DNA from: an uncultured archaeon
GTDB taxonomy: Archaea; Aenigmatarchaeota; Aenigmatarchaeia; CG10238-14; EX4484-224
Length of the DNA: 64,000 nt
NCBI GenBank assembly: GCA_964524025.1
Contig: CAZGBT010000003.1
Location: forward strand, 602 to 64,601
Direction: 5' to 3'
The translations under genes were made by a program, and so were the position numbers. This document shows, piece after piece, positions 28,224 through 36,485 of the stretch. Under the pieces are notes generated by a model, which was not told the origin of the DNA, did no database searches, and saw nothing but the letters and a program-made list of their open reading frames with translations. Position 1 is the first letter of the stretch. The number at the start of each line of letters is the position of its first letter.

Positions 28224-29113
28224 TCAAAGAACCTCCTCAAAGGTGGTCTTTTAAATTCCTTTGTTTCTTTTTTAACGAATTCTACTATGTGTTTTGCAAC
28301 GTTTATTCCAGTAACTTTTGTTAAACCTTCAAAATGAACGTTCACATTTGCTTCTATAACAACTGGTCCTTTTTCACTTTCTATTATATCTATGCCAGAA
28401 ATTTCCATTCCTAAAGCGTGAGAAGCTCTAACTGCTATGTCTTCTATTTCAGGATCCAATTTTTTTATAGCAACCCCTTTTCCACCAATTCCTATGTTAG
28501 TTCTTCTTTCTCTTTTAGGCGCTACCCTCTTTTCAGCAGCTAATACTTTATCTCCTAAAACAAAAGCCCTTATATCTTCTCCAGGATTTTCTACGTATTC
28601 TTCCAAAAAGATTGGCTGTCTAAATCTTTCTAGTGCATCCATTATACTTTTAGCTGATTCCAAAGAATCTGCAAACATAACGCCTCTTCCAAGACTTCCG
28701 TAAATTAACTTTAAAACAACAGGATATTTCATTCTTTTAGCCAATTTTTCTAAGACATCTCTTGAATAAGCTAAATATGTTTTTGGAACAGGTATACCAG
28801 CTTCTTTTAAAGCAACTAAAGTTAGAAACTTGTTGTGGGCTAATATAACAGATTCGGGCGTTAAAGGTAAGTAGCATTCCTTAAGTAACTTGCTTAGCAA
28901 AATAAAACCATACCATGCATAAGTCCTTGGTATTCTTGGTATTATGCAGTCAAAGTCGTTTAAAACAAAATTTTCATAAATAACATTTCCATTTTTTACT
29001 ACAGTTTTAGGTATTTCTGCGTAAACAGCTTTTTTAAACGATCTTTTTGCCTCTTTAAAAATCCATTCTTCGCAAGGACTTCTTTTCCTTGGTCCTAATA
29101 CCACAACCTTCAT
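28199..29113 (-). CDS. RimK-type ATP-grasp ligase
   Basis: YPVVLKLIYGSLGRGV, FLEEYV, IRAFVLG and IIEANVNV are typical of RimK/LysX-type ATP-grasp enzymes. Confidence 0.8.
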   Translation of the reverse strand: MKVVVLGPRKRSPCEEWIFKEAKRSFKKAVYAEIPKTVVKNGNVIYENFVLNDFDCIIPRIPRTYAWYGFILLSKLLKECYLPLTPESVILAHNKFLTLVALKEAGIPVPKTYLAYSRDVLEKLAKRMKYPVVLKLIYGSLGRGVMFADSLESAKSIMDALERFRQPIFLEEYVENPGEDIRAFVLGDKVLAAEKRVAPKRERRTNIGIGGKGVAIKKLDPEIEDIAVRASHALGMEISGIDIIESEKGPVVIEANVNVHFEGLTKVTGINVAKHIVEFVKKETKEFKRPPLRRFFEWLGRRFT

Positions 29114-29964
29114 TTTTTCAAAACCTTCCTAATCAAACTAAATATTTTTATAAAAGTTGTTTCAGATTTTTCTTTTATAAATTTCATGATTCTTTCTTCT
29201 AACTTTATTCCTAAATTTTTCCTCATCACTGGGAAATTTGGAGAGAAGCTTAACCAGTCGAGAATGAATTTGTTGTTGTGTTTGATAAATCTGAATGCAA
29301 AATAGTCTAAGTCTGTTACTTTTTTAATTTTTCTCAAATTTTTTTCGATAATTTTCTTTTCACTCTTGCTAAAATCTTTAAGTACATTTCCTTCCTTTCT
29401 CTTATAATAAAAAGCTTCATTACCTATAGTTAAACCAAACACAGAAAAATCTGGTTTGATGGGTTTGTAAATAATTATTGGAAATCCCTTTTCCATTACT
29501 GAAATTACTTGCTTTAATGTCTTCTCATTTGTAACGAGGACTTTTTTATGAAGTTGTTTTACTATAAGCGGAAATTCAAATTTTTCTTTTATGCTTTCCA
29601 AACCTGCAGTGGAAAATAAAGAATAATGCTCCCTTACCTCAATTCCACTAGTTTTTAAAATTTGGAAGATTTGATTAGTAGACAAAAGAAGATATTGGCT
29701 TGGAGAGAATGGCAAAACTTTGTGGTTTAGCATTCTAACTAGAGTATAAAACATTTCCCTATTCCTATTAGTTGGAACTGGAAATATGCATTCGTAATCG
29801 CTAATTCTTTCTCCATCATAGCTAACCTCCATTTTTCCTTTTATTTCAAACCTAACCCTATCTATTGGACAATAAATAACCTTTTCAAAATATTTTTTAG
29901 CAGCCTTTACTAATCCTTCATCTTTCTCTTTTCTAATAGGATCCCCTACAATTGCTATTTTCAT
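29110..29964 (-). CDS. Divergent ATP-grasp-like paralogue, probably lacking the Gly-rich loop
   Basis: Same length and layout as the RimK-like neighbour (FPLIVKQLHKKVLV in place of VVLKLIYGSLGRGV). 4-nt overlaps on both sides. Confidence 0.4.
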   Translation of the reverse strand: MKIAIVGDPIRKEKDEGLVKAAKKYFEKVIYCPIDRVRFEIKGKMEVSYDGERISDYECIFPVPTNRNREMFYTLVRMLNHKVLPFSPSQYLLLSTNQIFQILKTSGIEVREHYSLFSTAGLESIKEKFEFPLIVKQLHKKVLVTNEKTLKQVISVMEKGFPIIIYKPIKPDFSVFGLTIGNEAFYYKRKEGNVLKDFSKSEKKIIEKNLRKIKKVTDLDYFAFRFIKHNNKFILDWLSFSPNFPVMRKNLGIKLEERIMKFIKEKSETTFIKIFSLIRKVLKK

Positions 29965-31520
29965 CCTAAAACCCTTTCTATAACTCCTATACCTTTAGTT
30001 TTACCTTCTCTGAAAACAAACCTATCGCCAGTTCTTACAAACTGTGGGTTATATTTAAACCTTATTCTAACTTTTCCGCTTTCTCCCATCTTCAAATATT
30101 TTTTATCTATTAAATGAAAAATTCCTGTCTCACTTATTGTGTTACAATGAATTACAGGTTCGTAACCATTTTTGATTCTAGTAGGGTGACTTAAAACTAA
30201 AACTTCTGCAATAAATTCCCTTACAGCCTTAGGTTTAAGAGAGGGGTCGCATAAAATCATCCCTCTTCTTACTTTATCAGCTTTTACTCCTTTTATCGCA
30301 ATCCCAACTATAAAGCCAGCATCTGCTTCTTTTAATCTATAATAGTGCATCTCTATACTTTTTACCTTTACTCTTTTGAAATTTCCAGTCTTATCAGGAC
30401 CTATAAGCATTAGATCACCAACTTTTATTCTACCCTGCTTTATTGCACCAGAAACTACAGTTCCCACACCTTCTATGTTGTAAATTTTATCTATATACAT
30501 CAAGAAAGGTTTATTGCTTTCTTTCTTTCTTTTCGGCAGTTTTAGGAAAAATTTATAGAGCAAGTCAAAACCTGTAAATTTTTTTGCAGAAGTTCTAAAG
30601 ATTGGGACTACAACTTCTAACTTATCGACAACTACATCTATATCCTTTTCGTTTTTAATAGGATAAGGAATCTTTCCAACTTTTTTAAGCAAGTTGGATA
30701 TTTCATCTTCTACAACTTCAACTTTCTTTTTGTTTACAAGATCTGTTTTTGTTATACATACTACAACCGGGACTTTGGAAGCTAACAACAAACCCAAATG
30801 CTCTTTAGTTATATGAGTGACTCCATCGTCTGCCGCTACAACCACAATTCCATAATCTATTTCTTGACCAACTATGCCTCTTATGGTAGTTCTTAACCAA
30901 GGTTCGTGACCTACTGTATCAACAAAACTTATTAATTTTTCTGCATTTTCAACAATCCTTTCCTTTTCCTTTTTGCTTAAGGGATTCTCAAAGAAAATGG
31001 GCTTTCCAGCTTTAAAACCTAAAATTGCATGATGCAAATCTGCTGATAATCCACGCTCAATCTCGTGGGGCAAAACATTGAGATAAAGCCAAGCTTTCTT
31101 TTCCTTATCAGGCTTTCCTGTTATTAGAGTTCCTATTAAAGTGGATTTGCCATGACTTACATGACCACAAACAGCTATAACTATATTTTCTATTTCCTTT
31201 TTTCCAACCCTTCTTACAACAATTTTTCCTATTAACTTTCCATCTTCATAAAATTTTTCAACCTTAGCTATTTCTGCGCTACATTCTTTTGCTATATTTT
31301 CTAAAACTCTAACCGTTTCTGAAAATTCTAGTTCACTTAAACCTCTTATTTCCCCCGAATCCTTAACTCCTATTATATAAACAGCTATTCCGTTACCTAC
31401 TTCAAGCAAATATCTCATTTGGGCAGCTAAATGTTGCTTTCTTTCCTCTTTTAAATGATAATCTGCTTTAAGTATTTCCTTAAATTCTATATTCTTATTC
31501 TCTTTCTTTGGTATCTTCAT
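29961..31520 (-). CDS. EF-Tu/EF-1A-like translational-type GTPase (GTPBP1-like) with a ~110-aa N-terminal extension
   Basis: G1 GHVSHGKST, G3 DTVGHE and G4 TKTD, followed by beta-barrel domains II and III. Confidence 0.8.
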   Translation of the reverse strand: MKIPKKENKNIEFKEILKADYHLKEERKQHLAAQMRYLLEVGNGIAVYIIGVKDSGEIRGLSELEFSETVRVLENIAKECSAEIAKVEKFYEDGKLIGKIVVRRVGKKEIENIVIAVCGHVSHGKSTLIGTLITGKPDKEKKAWLYLNVLPHEIERGLSADLHHAILGFKAGKPIFFENPLSKKEKERIVENAEKLISFVDTVGHEPWLRTTIRGIVGQEIDYGIVVVAADDGVTHITKEHLGLLLASKVPVVVCITKTDLVNKKKVEVVEDEISNLLKKVGKIPYPIKNEKDIDVVVDKLEVVVPIFRTSAKKFTGFDLLYKFFLKLPKRKKESNKPFLMYIDKIYNIEGVGTVVSGAIKQGRIKVGDLMLIGPDKTGNFKRVKVKSIEMHYYRLKEADAGFIVGIAIKGVKADKVRRGMILCDPSLKPKAVREFIAEVLVLSHPTRIKNGYEPVIHCNTISETGIFHLIDKKYLKMGESGKVRIRFKYNPQFVRTGDRFVFREGKTKGIGVIERVLG

Positions 31521-31524
31521 AACC

Positions 31525-33273
31525 TTACATTCGGATTAGTCTTTTTAAAAAATTAAGAATGGCTGAAATATAGTTTATGAATTTTTTCAAAAAACCTTCA
31601 GCTTTTTTCTTTTCTATGCAAACAATAAATTCTTCATAGTTTGGAATGTTATCCTTAACTTCGATTCTTAAAAGGTTGCAACCTTCTTTTAAAATTATTC
31701 TCTTTTGGATGAAAACTTTTCTAATTACATTGACTCTTTCCCTTAAAATTTCATTGCCATTCAATAATATTTTAAACGTTGTTAAAGTTGGTTTAGAATC
31801 TAAATTAATTAGGAAGAAAGATAAGGTTAGATTTGAATTTGTTAAATTGTAGGTTAAATTTTCTATCTTAAAACTCAACTTTTCATAACTACTAAACGAA
31901 AATCTTGCCCAACCTTCCGGAGAATAAAAGTAAAAATTGAAATTTCCGATAGCTGGCATCTGAAATTTCAATTTATAATCCTCTTTAAAAAGAGATGAAA
32001 AATCAGAAAAGAAAATCCCTCTCTTTTTAACCTTCATTTCATAAATTTCTCCTACAGGCAGCGATTTATTCAAACTAGCTATTTCGACTATTTCTTTTTC
32101 TCCCTCTACCCTTAAAGGAATTTGTTTAACTATTTTTCCGTTTACTATTAAAGTTATTGGGCAAATAAGTCTTTCGAATTTGCTTACTTTCGGTGCCTTC
32201 ACGATCCAAAATATCTTATCGCCATTTTTTAGCCAGAGAATTCTTTTTGGTGAGAATATTTTAAACAGGCTTTTTCCGCTTTCATCTACGCACGAAATTA
32301 AATTAATAGAATAAAGACCTTCTTTATCCAAATTTGTAAGATTTATAAGGAAAACTGAATCTCCAAAGACTTTGATTGGAGATTCTACTGTAAAATTTAA
32401 AGTTTTTTCTTTTAAATCGAGTATTTTTAAGGTTGGTTTCTTTGGTAACCATTCAACGCTTCCCCAACCTTTATAACTTAAGCTTTCCGTAAAATTACTA
32501 TCCAATAAATTAGCTAATTTTATATGGGTTGCGTCCAAGTAACCTCCTTCTATCCAAGTTGGGTCTATAGGAATCCATTTTCCATGCATAAGAACTTCTA
32601 TCCAAGCATGGGACCAGAATTGGCTTGTATTAAGCTCTTCTGAAGGGATAGCGAAACCGACTACGTATCTAACTGGAATATTTTGGGACCTTAAAAATGC
32701 TGTAAGCAAATTGGAAAATTCACCACATGCTCCTCTTTTATTATGAAAGGTCTCTAATGAAGATTTCGTAATTTGGCTTAAAGGATTTATTTCGTATTTA
32801 AGATTATTTTTAATCCACCTTACTAATCTTGAAACTTTTTGTTCTAAAGTTTCTTTGCCATAAGCAATAGCTTCTATTTTTCTGTTCCAATCTGTTAGAC
32901 TAGTCCTTTTTAGAAAATGACTATAGTTAAAAGCGATTTCAGCGTTTTTTACATCCTTTTCTTTTATCCTTACTATAAATTTTACTTTATAAGGAATTTC
33001 GGCAGAAGAAGGATTTAGGATTTTAATTTTAATCATCTCATTCCCAAATTTATCCTTTACTAACTCAAAATTGTTAGGATAAACTTCAACCCTTTCCAAA
33101 CCTTCTTGCGGAATGTATAAAAACAGATTTATTTCCTTAATCCTACCGCTTATAAGAAGTTTTCCTTCTTTTACTATTTCAGCTCTTAATTCTTTGATTA
33201 GCTTTGGATTAAAAGCTATAGAAATTTTTGGGAGTAAGAAAAGGAATAGCAAAATTAAAATTATTTTTCTCAT
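31525..33273 (-). CDS. Secreted transglutaminase-like cysteine protease-fold protein
   Basis: Signal peptide MRKIILILLFLFLLPKISIA. Core GACGEFSNL...SHAWIEV...IDPT gives a Cys-His-Asp triad context. Confidence 0.75.
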   Translation of the reverse strand: MRKIILILLFLFLLPKISIAFNPKLIKELRAEIVKEGKLLISGRIKEINLFLYIPQEGLERVEVYPNNFELVKDKFGNEMIKIKILNPSSAEIPYKVKFIVRIKEKDVKNAEIAFNYSHFLKRTSLTDWNRKIEAIAYGKETLEQKVSRLVRWIKNNLKYEINPLSQITKSSLETFHNKRGACGEFSNLLTAFLRSQNIPVRYVVGFAIPSEELNTSQFWSHAWIEVLMHGKWIPIDPTWIEGGYLDATHIKLANLLDSNFTESLSYKGWGSVEWLPKKPTLKILDLKEKTLNFTVESPIKVFGDSVFLINLTNLDKEGLYSINLISCVDESGKSLFKIFSPKRILWLKNGDKIFWIVKAPKVSKFERLICPITLIVNGKIVKQIPLRVEGEKEIVEIASLNKSLPVGEIYEMKVKKRGIFFSDFSSLFKEDYKLKFQMPAIGNFNFYFYSPEGWARFSFSSYEKLSFKIENLTYNLTNSNLTLSFFLINLDSKPTLTTFKILLNGNEILRERVNVIRKVFIQKRIILKEGCNLLRIEVKDNIPNYEEFIVCIEKKKAEGFLKKFINYISAILNFLKRLIRM

Positions 33274-33307
33274 AACTAATTTTAAGGTTTAAACAAAAGT
33301 GAAAATT

Positions 33308-33718
33308 ATGGCAAGTTTTAAGTTTGTAGTAAGCGATCCTGAAACTAGAAAAGCTTATCAAATAGAAATAGAACAAGAAAAGGCAGCTCATTTAGTTGGT
33401 AAAAAAATTGGAGATGAATTCGATGCAACTTTTTTAGGTTTACCTGGTTACGTTTTAAAGATTACTGGAGGTACGGATAAAGATGGTTTTCCCATGCATC
33501 CTAGCGTTCACGGGCCTGGGAGGAAAAGAGTTCTTTTATCAGGACCTCCCGGATTCCATCCAAAACATAAAGGTCAAAGGAAAAGAAAAACGGTTAGAGG
33601 AAATACTATTTCTTTTGATATAGTGCAGATTAATTGTAAAATAGTTAAAAAAGGCGAAAAGCCTATAGAAGAGCTTATTCCAAAAAAAGAAAAGAAGGAA
33701 GGAGGTGAAGAAAAATAG
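33308..33718 (+). CDS. rps6e: 30S ribosomal protein S6e
   Basis: [21 protein letters not shown]..., GTDKDGFPM and the basic [11 protein letters not shown]. Confidence 0.9.
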   Translation: MASFKFVVSDPETRKAYQIEIEQEKAAHLVGKKIGDEFDATFLGLPGYVLKITGGTDKDGFPMHPSVHGPGRKRVLLSGPPGFHPKHKGQRKRKTVRGNTISFDIVQINCKIVKKGEKPIEELIPKKEKKEGGEEK

Positions 33719-34959
33719 ATCCAAGGTTAATTCCTGAGTGCAATATAGGAATGGTCGGACTTTGATGTAGCAAATTTGCTACATCAACCGAAAACGTAAG
33801 TCATGGAAAGACTACTTTAACCGAAGCTATAACTGGAATTTGCACTTTAAGGCATTCTGAAGAATTAAAAAGGGGTATAACCATTAGATTAGGATATGCT
33901 GATGCTACTATCTACAAATGTTTAAACTGCGGAAGGTATTGTACACACCCTAAATGTCCTTATTGTTTTAGCGATACAGAACCGCAAAGGACCGTTAGCT
34001 TTGTAGACGCTCCTGGACATGAAACTTTGATGGCTACTGTTCTAACAGGGACTGCAATAATGGATGGTGCAATACTAGTAATAGCTGCTAACGAAAAATG
34101 TCCACAGCCACAAACTAGAGAGCATCTTAAGGCTTTAGAAGTAGCTGGGATTAAAAATGTCATAGTAGTTCAGAATAAGATAGACTTAGTAACAAAAGAA
34201 GAAGCCATAAAAAATTATGAGGAAATAAAGGAATTTTTAAAAGGAACTTCTATAGAAAATGCTCCTATTATACCTATTTCAGCGCAAAAAAGGATTAATA
34301 TAGATGTCGTTTTAGAAGCAATTCAAAAATATATACCAACGCCTAAAAGAAAGGAAAAAGCTGATCCTTTAATGCTGGTTGCGAGAAGTTTTGACATAAA
34401 CAAGCCTGGGACGCCTGTGGAAAAAATTAAAGGAGGTGTTTTAGGAGGTTCTGTAATAAGAGGAAAGTTTAAAATTGGCGATGAAATTGAGATAAGACCA
34501 GGAATAAAAGTTGGTGAGAAATACAAAAGCATTAAGACAAAAATAGAAGGATTGCAGAAAGCTGGAAAAAATCTTGAAGAAGCTGGACCTGGTGGCTTGT
34601 TGGGTTTGCTTACTCAGCTTGACCCCTATTTAACTAAAGCTGATAAGCTAGCTGGCTCGGTTATTGGTTTACCTGAAAAGCTGCCAGATGTGTTATATGA
34701 ATTAAACTTAAAGGTAACACTGCTTGAAAGAATAGTAGGATTTGAGAAAATACTAGAAGTCGACCCTATTAAGGTTAACGAAGTTTTATTAATTAATGCT
34801 TGGACTGCTAAAAGCGTTGGTATAGTTACTTCAGTAAAAGGAGATGAAGTTAGACTAAAATTAAAACTACCAGTATGTATAGAAAAAAATCAAAGAGTTG
34901 TAATTTCTAGGCAGATTGCTGGAAGGTGGAGGCTAATAGGTTATGGAATTGTAGCCTAG
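33715..34959 (+). CDS. eif2g: Translation initiation factor aIF2 gamma, interrupted by a 33-nt insert with an in-frame TGA; start codon uncertain
   Basis: Sequence reads PECNIGMVG / insert / [14 protein letters not shown]...[10 protein letters not shown], then zinc knuckle CLNCG..CPYC, DAPGHE, NKID, and a C-terminal [15 protein letters not shown] single frame runs 33709-34959 apart from the TGA at 33763-33765. There is no in-frame ATG, GTG or TTG upstream of the beta-1 strand. Confidence 0.85.
33761..33793 (+). other. Candidate BHB-type (relaxed) mini-intron inside the aIF2-gamma mRNA
   Basis: A 4-bp helix UCGG(33755-58)/CCGA(33788-91) is followed by a 3-nt bulge ACU (33759-61) and an inner helix formed by the 26-nt perfect palindrome (33762-87). 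AAA (33792-94) follows on the 3' strand. Cutting after the 2nd nucleotide of each bulge removes 33 nt and yields GGA-CAC-GUA, giving GHVSHGKTT. Confidence 0.55.
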
Positions 34960-35351
34960 CCAGTTGGTGGACAATATACAGTCCCGGCCACACTTGTACC
35001 ACGAACCATAGCAACTACTCTTATATAATCAGCTTCGTTAAAGGTTCTATTTACCCTTACCTCACCCATCTCTCCGGGTTTTATTCGAGGTCCTGTGACG
35101 TCACTACCAATTTGAGTACCGTTAGAGAAATAAGCCCTAACTGTTACGTTTTCAGAAATAGAGGTCCCATCATTCCTAACAAATACATGTATATAGTTCG
35201 CATCACAGTAGCTAGCGGTACCATCAATAGTTAGCATTACCGCTGTTTTAGCTGTAAACACTCCAGAGATATAGGTATAAGCCAAGCCTGCTAAGCCAAT
35301 GGTTATTACTAACATCAATAAAGTTGCTATTACAGGCGAAATACCCTTCAT
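34956..35351 (-). CDS. Archaeal type IV pilin-like protein (class III signal peptide)
   Basis: N-terminus MKGISPVIATLLMLVITIGLAGLAYTYI matches the archaeal pilin / archaellin-like prepilin signal. Confidence 0.7.
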   Translation of the reverse strand: MKGISPVIATLLMLVITIGLAGLAYTYISGVFTAKTAVMLTIDGTASYCDANYIHVFVRNDGTSISENVTVRAYFSNGTQIGSDVTGPRIKPGEMGEVRVNRTFNEADYIRVVAMVRGTSVAGTVYCPPTG

Positions 35352-35387
35352 TCTCTCTTATAATTTTTAACTTCTTAAATTAAAAAG

Positions 35388-35747
35388 ATGGAGATTCGAA
35401 AGATAATTTTCGATTCAAACTTTTTGGTAGATATTTTTAGGTTTAAAATAGATTTTGAAGAAATGTTCTTCCTAGCAACAAAAAAGGCCAAGCTTGTAAT
35501 TCCTAGATTCGTAATCGAGGAACTTAGGAGAATTAACTCGCCATTCTCTAAGTTAGCTTTAGAACTTATTAAAAAGAAGAATTTTAAGGTGGTAGAGACA
35601 AAAGAAAAAGGTGACAAGGGTTTTTTTGAATTAATAGATAAATATACAGTAGTCGCAACAAACGATTCAAAATTAAGAAAAAAGTTAAAAAAGCTTGGAG
35701 TAAAAACAATTTATCTTAGAGGTTTATCGAAACTGGAGATGAGCTGA
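35388..35747 (+). CDS. PIN-domain protein (Fcf1/VapC-like)
   Basis: IIFDSNFL ... VVATNDSKLRKKLKKLGV. Sits in the conserved archaeal position between aIF2-gamma and rpoE. Confidence 0.75.
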   Translation: MEIRKIIFDSNFLVDIFRFKIDFEEMFFLATKKAKLVIPRFVIEELRRINSPFSKLALELIKKKNFKVVETKEKGDKGFFELIDKYTVVATNDSKLRKKLKKLGVKTIYLRGLSKLEMS

Positions 35748-36292
35748 TGTTTAGGATACTAACTGTTAAGGATACGGTAAGGGTAGGACCGGAAAAATTG
35801 GGAAAGGACTTAAAGGAAGCTTTAATGGAATCCATCTCTGAAAAGTATGTCGGTATATCTGACAAAACTATTGGAATTGTATTAGCAGTTGTTGATATAA
35901 AAGAAATAGGAGAAGGAAAAGTCAAACCAACAGATCCAGGAATTCATTTTGAAACTGTGTTTGAGCTTTTAACCTACAAGCCAGAACTTCATGAACTAGT
36001 TGAAGGAGAAGTTATAGATAATACTGATTTTGGAGCTTTTGTAAACATAGGTCCTTTCGATGGTTTAGTTCACATTTCCCAGATAATGGACGACTACGTA
36101 AGCTACGATAAGAAAACATCAACTTTTATAGGAAAACAAACTAGAAAAACTTTAAAAATTGGAGATAAAGTTAGAGCTAGAATAACTTCAGTTTCCTGGG
36201 GTGAGCAAGTAAGAATTGGGCTTACTATGAGACAAGCTGGTTTGGGAAACTTTGTTTGGATAGAGGAAGAAAAGAAGAAAAAGAGGAAGTAA
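35747..36292 (+). CDS. rpoE1: DNA-directed RNA polymerase subunit E' (Rpo7)
   Basis: N-terminal Rpb7-like fold followed by an S1 domain (GEVIDNTDFGAFVNIGPFDGLVHISQ). TGATG overlap with the PIN gene. Confidence 0.9.
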   Translation: MFRILTVKDTVRVGPEKLGKDLKEALMESISEKYVGISDKTIGIVLAVVDIKEIGEGKVKPTDPGIHFETVFELLTYKPELHELVEGEVIDNTDFGAFVNIGPFDGLVHISQIMDDYVSYDKKTSTFIGKQTRKTLKIGDKVRARITSVSWGEQVRIGLTMRQAGLGNFVWIEEEKKKKRK

Positions 36293-36293
36293 C

Positions 36294-36485
36294 ATGCCAA
36301 AGAGACTTTACGTTTGCAGAAACTGTAAAAGATTTACTTTTGAAAAAATTTGCCCAGTTTGTAAATCAACAAATCTTTCAACAAGTTGGAAAGGATTGGT
36401 AATAATACTTAAACCTGAAGAAAGTGAAATAGCAAAAACTTTGAACATAAAAGAAGAAGGTAAATTCGCTTTATACGTTGACTAA
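36294..36485 (+). CDS. spt4: Transcription elongation factor Spt4 (RpoE'')
   Basis: 63 aa with zinc ribbon CRNC...CPVC, directly after rpoE'. Confidence 0.8.
   Translation: MPKRLYVCRNCKRFTFEKICPVCKSTNLSTSWKGLVIILKPEESEIAKTLNIKEEGKFALYVD

Noticed and set aside
28199-33718. Idea that the RimK-like ligase glutamylates the adjacent ribosomal protein S6e, by analogy with E. coli RimK and S6.
   Set aside because: Bacterial bS6 and archaeal/eukaryotic eS6 are unrelated proteins. The adjacency is divergent rather than operonic, and nothing in the sequence supports the idea.
33763-33765. The in-frame TGA in aIF2-gamma might be selenocysteine or a reassigned sense codon.
   Set aside because: - TGA clearly terminates other genes here, for example rfcS at 11977-11979, the PIN gene at 35745-35747 and glgA at 44239-44241.
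- The codon sits in an 11-codon insertion that would break the GxxxxGKT P-loop even if it were read through.
- Excision of 33 nt restores the canonical motif.
33762-33787. The 26-nt perfect palindrome might be an intergenic terminator or attenuator between rps6e and the next gene.
   Set aside because: It lies inside conserved aIF2-gamma coding sequence. The beta-1 strand NIGMVG is upstream of it and HGKTT is downstream, so it is not in an intergenic spacer.
34926-35234. 102-aa plus-strand ORF overlapping the end of aIF2-gamma.
   Set aside because: It is antisense to the pilin-like gene, which has a convincing class III signal peptide. It has no recognisable features of its own.
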